Source of the DNA: Camelus ferus
Lineage: Eukaryota
Direction of reading: 5' to 3'
DNA: 64,000 nucleotides
Assembly: GCF_009834535.1 (NCBI RefSeq)
Contig: NC_045705.1
Location: 64,666,001-64,730,000, forward strand
Position numbers and translations under genes: made by a program. This document shows positions 58,851 to 64,000 of the stretch, one piece after another. Position 1 is the stretch's first letter, and each line of letters opens with the position of its first letter. The notes below the pieces were generated by a model, which was given only the letters and a program-made list of their open reading frames with translations, was not told where the DNA came from and did no database searches.

Positions 58851-61800
58851 GAGGGTGCAGGGTGGCAAGGATCTCCTGCAATGTATAGTCTGTCCCTCCT
58901 TTAATGCAGCCCGTCCAGAACCAGGAGCCAGGGCCCTTGGTGTCTGGAGCAGTCAGCACCTTGCTCTGCAGACACAGAGGAGGCCAGGCTGATAGACAGC
59001 AGGACTCCAGGGGAGCCCAAGGAGCCATTCTAAAGCAGGCTGGGGATAAGGGAGGGTCAGGGAAGGCTTTCTGGAGGAGGGGGCACTTGTCAGCCAGAAA
59101 CAAATGGCAGGCCGCCAGAGCTAAGACCTTTTGAGTCACCCAGTCCACCCCATCTGACTGCAGGGAGACTGGCAGAGCCATTTGGCTGCTTACATCATAG
59201 GCCAGACTCCAGAAGCCAACTACACAGGTGCAGTAGGAGGGATAATTTATCTCTAGGAAATGTGGCTCGGGGAGGCCAACCATAGAGACCTGGCAATGCT
59301 GGACTCCCAGCTGCTTGTCTACCAGGATTCAGAAAGTCCCTATCCACCATGACCATGGCATCCTTGGCTGACCCCGGCTGTTCATGGTGTGTGTGTCAGG
59401 GAGTGGTACTGAGGCCAAGCAATTCCACAAGGTCACACCCAGGTCAGGGGACTAAGAATCGCTTTAGCCCAGGCCTCCTGTCTGGGCCTGTATCCTGGGA
59501 GGCAAGTGCCCATGTTTTGGTGGCCACAGGACAGGGAAGCAGCTGCTGGGCGAGGCCAGCCCATTGCTCCAGGAGCGAAGGTACCAGGGGCCTCGTTAGC
59601 CACAGCTTCAAAGAGCCCCATTATTAACAAAGTGCACTGTGAATCCTTTTTCTTCCTCTTTCTAGCCTTAAGGCCGAATCCCAAATGAAAAGGAAAATAT
59701 ACAATGAGTGGCAATGAGGAAGCCTCTGAGAAAAGGCAGGCGGCTGCCGGAGCATCAATCCACCCTCCAGTGAGGTGTGGGCTTCCTTTCTTTATTTAAA
59801 AGAGTCTCTCTCTCTCTCTTCCCTTCCTCCCAGTTCAGCTGGTCTCTCAGGCTGCGCTTTAAGTCTTTTTGAAGTGCTACAACCATTTTCTCCTCTTTCA
59901 ATTAACAACAAGAAAAGGAAGCTAATAGCTTCCTGAGCCACTCGCTGTAAATATTAACAAAGTCTGGCCGCCTGGCCTGGGCGCGCAGCATTGCTCCCGG
60001 CCGGAGAGTGAGTTTACGGGAAGAAGGGGAGGGGGCAAGAGATTTCCAACACAGAGGCAAAAATCCCTTGGCACAGGCTTCTGCTGGTGCAGGGAAACCA
60101 GAGAGCCAGGGGAGCCGGGAGAGAGGGCGCCTGTTCCTGGGGACCAGAGGCTGGCACAGCTGGCGAGAGGGAAGTGGACGCTTCTGGAAAAAAAGGCAGC
60201 TTCCACTGGCTGCACCTGGGTAACTTGGAGGGTGCAGGTCCGTGGCCTGGAAGCCCCTGCTCACAGCTTTGGGTATGGTCAGTGGTGGAGGTCTAAGGAG
60301 GAGTGGCATTTTGGATGCAGCAGCTGGAGGGGTGCTGATGGTCCCCAGGGTACATGCTGGATCCTGGGCCCCTACCTGTGCCCACAGGGCAAATCTGAGG
60401 CAGGGGTAGGGGCCAAGGGAAGGGGCGGTGAAGGGGAACTAACACCGTTGGAGCAGAGTCTAGGTTCCAAAAGCTCCTTAGCCTGCTCCCATGGGGCACC
60501 TCTAACCATGACCCCCAGGGCCTACCAGACACACCAGCAAAATCCTGCTTCAAACATCTGCTCAAGAGCTATGGCGCGCAGACTGTAAGACCCATCTCCT
60601 GGCCAGGGGCCCGGGCGAGAGCACGCAGAGGCTGATGACTGGGAGGGGACTGGGTCTTGTCTGGTGCTCCCACCACCCACATCCACTGAGGGCCCACCCA
60701 GCTAAGAGCTCACAGTGGGGCACAGTGGCAAACACATGGCCACTCTTCTGCTGGCAAAAGCAGGTCAATTTCCCGAGAAAGGCCCAGCCTTCGCTGTGTG
60801 CACCAGACTCATCCTCCCCGGGCTCCCATGGGCTGGACACAGACCCTCATGTACAGAAACAGAGTTACAACAAGCCCTGCAGGGTAGAGCCGGTAGGCAG
60901 CTCCCTCCCGGAAGTCATGGGCAGGGGGCAAAGGCTGCACATGTCCCCTGTCGTGCACAGGCAGGCTCGGGCCACTGTGGCCCTCTCTGCGGGCAGAGGG
61001 GCAGGCCTTGGAGGACCGTGTGTTCTCCCCTCCCTGCCCCTCCCAAACATCAGAGCCACCTGCAGCGCCCCCGTGGGAGGGTCTCCCTGCCCACAGGCCG
61101 AGAGCAGCGGTCATGAGCCCGGCTGAGTGCCAGGAGCCCTTGGCTGGCCCGTGTCCTTGCCAGCTCTCGCAGCTCCCGCCACACGCAGTCCCTCCCGCCG
61201 CCCGCTGGCTCAGAGGAGATTTCAAAGGCACGAGAGCACTCCAGGCGCAGGAGGCCTCTTCAGGCGCCTGCCTCTCTTCTTTCCCGCTGCTGCCCAGGGA
61301 TGACAGTGCCCACTCAGCGGCCTTTCTGGGTCCCTGATGCTCAGCCACGTTATAGGGGCAGCACCCTGGCCCCCAGGCCCCAGGGGAGGGGCTGCTAGGC
61401 CCAGGGGCAGGCGGGCAGCAGGGGCCAAGAGTCCAGGCCGATGTGGCCCCTGGGCTGCTCTCCCAGCCCAGCACCAGGGGATGAGAGTGATTCCCAGGCC
61501 ACCTCTGGCCACTGCCGCCCTTGTTCCCCAGGTCCTGGCTCCCACCCACACAGGAAGGAGGACAGCCCATCGTGGTGGGCATCCCGGGGTTTTTCTCCAG
61601 AGAAGCTCTGTCCTGGAAGAGCAGCCCCCAGGGAACGCTGAGCCATTGGCTTCTCTACTCTGGGTACTGCCCTCCTGGTTCCCCCGTGGTCTGTCCCTGA
61701 GGGTGGGCGCTGGCAGGGGGCGTGGGCTCCGGAGGCCGCCTGCAGACTGGCTCACACACTTGCTCACACAGCCGTCCTGGAACGTCTGGGTTTTGTCAGG

Positions 61801-61992
61801 AAATGGTTTAATTAGCAGCGTGGAAGCTCGGAGGGCTCACGCCCGAACGCAGGCTCTCACCTCCTCCCCTTCTCACCTGCTGCGCTGTGTGGGTGCCAAG
61901 CCCGGAGGCCAGAGCGAGTGAGAAGGGGGCAGGCTGGGGCCATCTCGGTGCAGAGGGAGGAGCTGGAGCCTCCAACATGCCCCCTCCGGAGG

Positions 61993-62024
61993 CCTTCCTG
62001 CTGCCCTTCCTGCTGCCCTTCCTG
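61993..62024. repeat. 12-bp tandem repeat x2.7
   Basis: ccttcctgctgc ccttcctgctgc ccttcctg. Confidence 0.9.
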
Positions 62025-62269
62025 GGGCACCTAGAACCTGCATCCCCTTCAGGCAGGCTTGGAGCCCCCAGCAGGCAAGCCACCCATGATGCTGCTTCAT
62101 AGGGTCATGAGAGCACTCAGCCACCCTCCGGCAAGGAGAAGGGGGAGGGAACCCACTCAGCCCCTGGCCTGTCTTCAGGGAGGCCTCCGAATCAGCCCCT
62201 TCCCCACCCCTTTCCTGGGGACACTGTTCCAGCCCCTCACTCGTCCCCTCCCATGTATCCTGGTCCCTC

Positions 62270-62720
62270 CAGTTCTCCACAAAGGTCTGGTCATGCCCCT
62301 CCCTGCCTGGGCACCCACTCTGGCTCCCCACTACCCTCAGTATGAAGACCAGGCCCCTCAGTAGAGCATTCAAAACTCCCCCCTAGGCCAGAATTCCATC
62401 TCCCACTTCAGCTCTGCTCACTGTCCTCCACAAACTCAGGGCTTTGGGACACCAGCCTTCTGACTGCAACAAGCCCTTCCTACCTCTGAGCCTCTTCATA
62501 TGCTATTCCCTCAGCCTGAAATGCCCTTCCTGCCCAACCCTCTACCCTGCTGACTGTGTTTAGGAACAGACCACACTCCCAAAGGGAAAAGCTCTCCCTT
62601 CCCAGTGGTCCTGACCCCCAGCCCTCTGCCCCCAGAGAGAGGGAACATGACGGTGACAACACCCGGGTCCATGCTGGCACAAACAAGGAGTGACCCACAC
62701 AAGGCAGTGAGGGAGAAGGG
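62270..62720 (+). mobile_element. L2 LINE fragment
   Basis: cctacctctgagcctcttcatatgctattccctcagcctgaaatgcccttcc, a typical L2 motif. Confidence 0.55.
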
Positions 62721-63589
62721 ACAGGCCCTGTGGATGGCTGTCCTGGTGGGATGAAGTCAGCAGCCATTGGAACAAACTCCAGTTTTGAGCCACAAAGAGC
62801 CTTTTCATCTCTAAAGATTGGACACAGATGTTGACCTCAGCCTGGAAGTCTAAAATGAAAGAACACCCTGGGTCTCCCAGCTCACACCAGCTTTGACCTG
62901 CTTACAATGATCTAAACTCTGCCCTCTCTGCCACAGGGCAGCTCTGCCCAGGGAAGGGGGCAGGCGTGTTATTCATTTATAATGCTACTCGGCTAAGTCA
63001 CCAGCCATAAAGCCCACCTGGGTCTCCAGCAGCACATACAGGCGTCTGATGAATGACACACACATAAAAATCCATCCCGAAGAGCCATAGGCTGGAAAGA
63101 AGCAGGAGGGCTAATTGCTAACATACGAATTAATATCAGTGAGTACCAATCTTCAAGGCAGGTGGGAACTGTAAAACTGAAAAGCGTTTCTACTTCAGGT
63201 GGGAGCCCCGAGGTCCAAAGGTGGAGCAGTGGCCCTGGAAGGCGGCTAGGTGGTCAGAGGGAACCCTGGCCACACCTGCCCCACTCTAGCTTGCCACTGA
63301 GCTCACATATGACTCTTGTGATGTGAGAGTCTGGAGGACCTCAGAACCACAGCACAGCGTCACCTCCCCCAGGAAGCCCACTGTGACCCAGTCACTGCGC
63401 CCACATCCAGGCTGGGCAAGGCGGGGCTTTGGCTCTGCTAGAGCCCTGTGTGTGTTTCTCACACTGTGGCCCTCTGCAAGCCAGTGGCCTCCCCACTGGA
63501 CCACGAACTCCTGGAGGACAGGGGCTCCTCTTTGGATCCCTGTGTCTTGCACGGTGGCAGAAGCATGATGGAACTCAGTACCTGTTTGC

Positions 63590-63795
63590 CAGATAGATGG
63601 ATGAATGGGTGAAGAGATGAAAAATTGGACAGTCAGAAAGATGGACAGGTAGATGGATGAATGGAGAGATAGAGGGTGGGAGAGAGGGCTGTACAGACAG
63701 ATGGATGGGGAGATGGACAGATGGATGGAAAGGTGGATAGGTAGACGGATGGATGGAGAGATAAATGGACGGATGGATGGATGGGGAGATGGATG
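63590..63795. repeat. Degenerate (GGAT)n/(GATG)n simple repeat
   Basis: gatagatggatgaatggg...gacggatggatggatggggagatggatg. Confidence 0.9.
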
Positions 63796-64000
63796 ACTGC
63801 ACAAGAGGGGCTCAGGAGAAACCTAAGGTCCCTGGGTGCAGTGGGCCCAAGGGCCACCTTGTGTTTCTATTGCACTGAGACTTGGGGTTGTGCAGGGAGA
63901 AGAGAACTGGCCCAGAGTTTGAAGTACTGGCTGTCACGTAGATCATACAAACTGAGACAAGTCCCCCCTTCTCAGTGTCACTACACAGTGGGGACAGTCC

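Noticed and set aside
63027-63047. CAGCAGCACAT resembling the miR-15/16/497 seed region
   Set aside because: No complementary arm or hairpin nearby, and the 3' part does not match the family.
63286-63804. Ser/Ile/His/Pro-rich ORF
   Set aside because: It is the translation of the (GGAT)n simple repeat.
1-64000. Assigning a host gene symbol
   Set aside because: The architecture fits many large GC-rich developmental or neuronal genes, and I do not recognise any exon sequence, so no symbol is given.
1-64000. CRISPR arrays, rRNA, prokaryotic or viral systems
   Set aside because: No regularly spaced repeat-spacer arrays, rRNA sequence, retroviral ORFs or foreign-composition gene cassettes. The DNA is ordinary mammalian non-coding sequence.

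Overview
Mammalian genomic DNA, GC-rich (roughly 60% by eye), with six N gaps. Three tRNA-Ala-derived SINEs of the type I recall from camelids (Vic-1-like) and a cetartiodactyl-type L1 3' end suggest a camelid source (inference). No protein-coding exon can be supported. The long ORFs in the track are artefacts of GC richness, N runs or simple repeats. There is a large CpG-island promoter at about 3.9-5.4 kb, whose likely first exon or TSS is partly hidden in two N gaps. Smaller CpG islands lie at about 13.3-13.7 kb and 28.6-29.1 kb. The other ~59 kb are non-coding, rich in old MIR/L2 repeats, poor in L1/LTR, and punctuated by short AT-rich, motif-dense islands that look like conserved enhancers. 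This architecture is typical of the long first intron or regulatory domain of a developmental or neuronal gene, but I cannot name the host gene. I found no clearly new biological system. The best leads are: a tail-before-head SINE inside one target-site duplication, repeat-derived homotypic motif clusters (TGACA x6, GATA/MYB, AP-1 x3), candidate cryptic or alternative exons, an adjacent G4/Z-DNA pair, and many candidate enhancers. All repeat-family calls are by recall of consensus motifs, not by database search.
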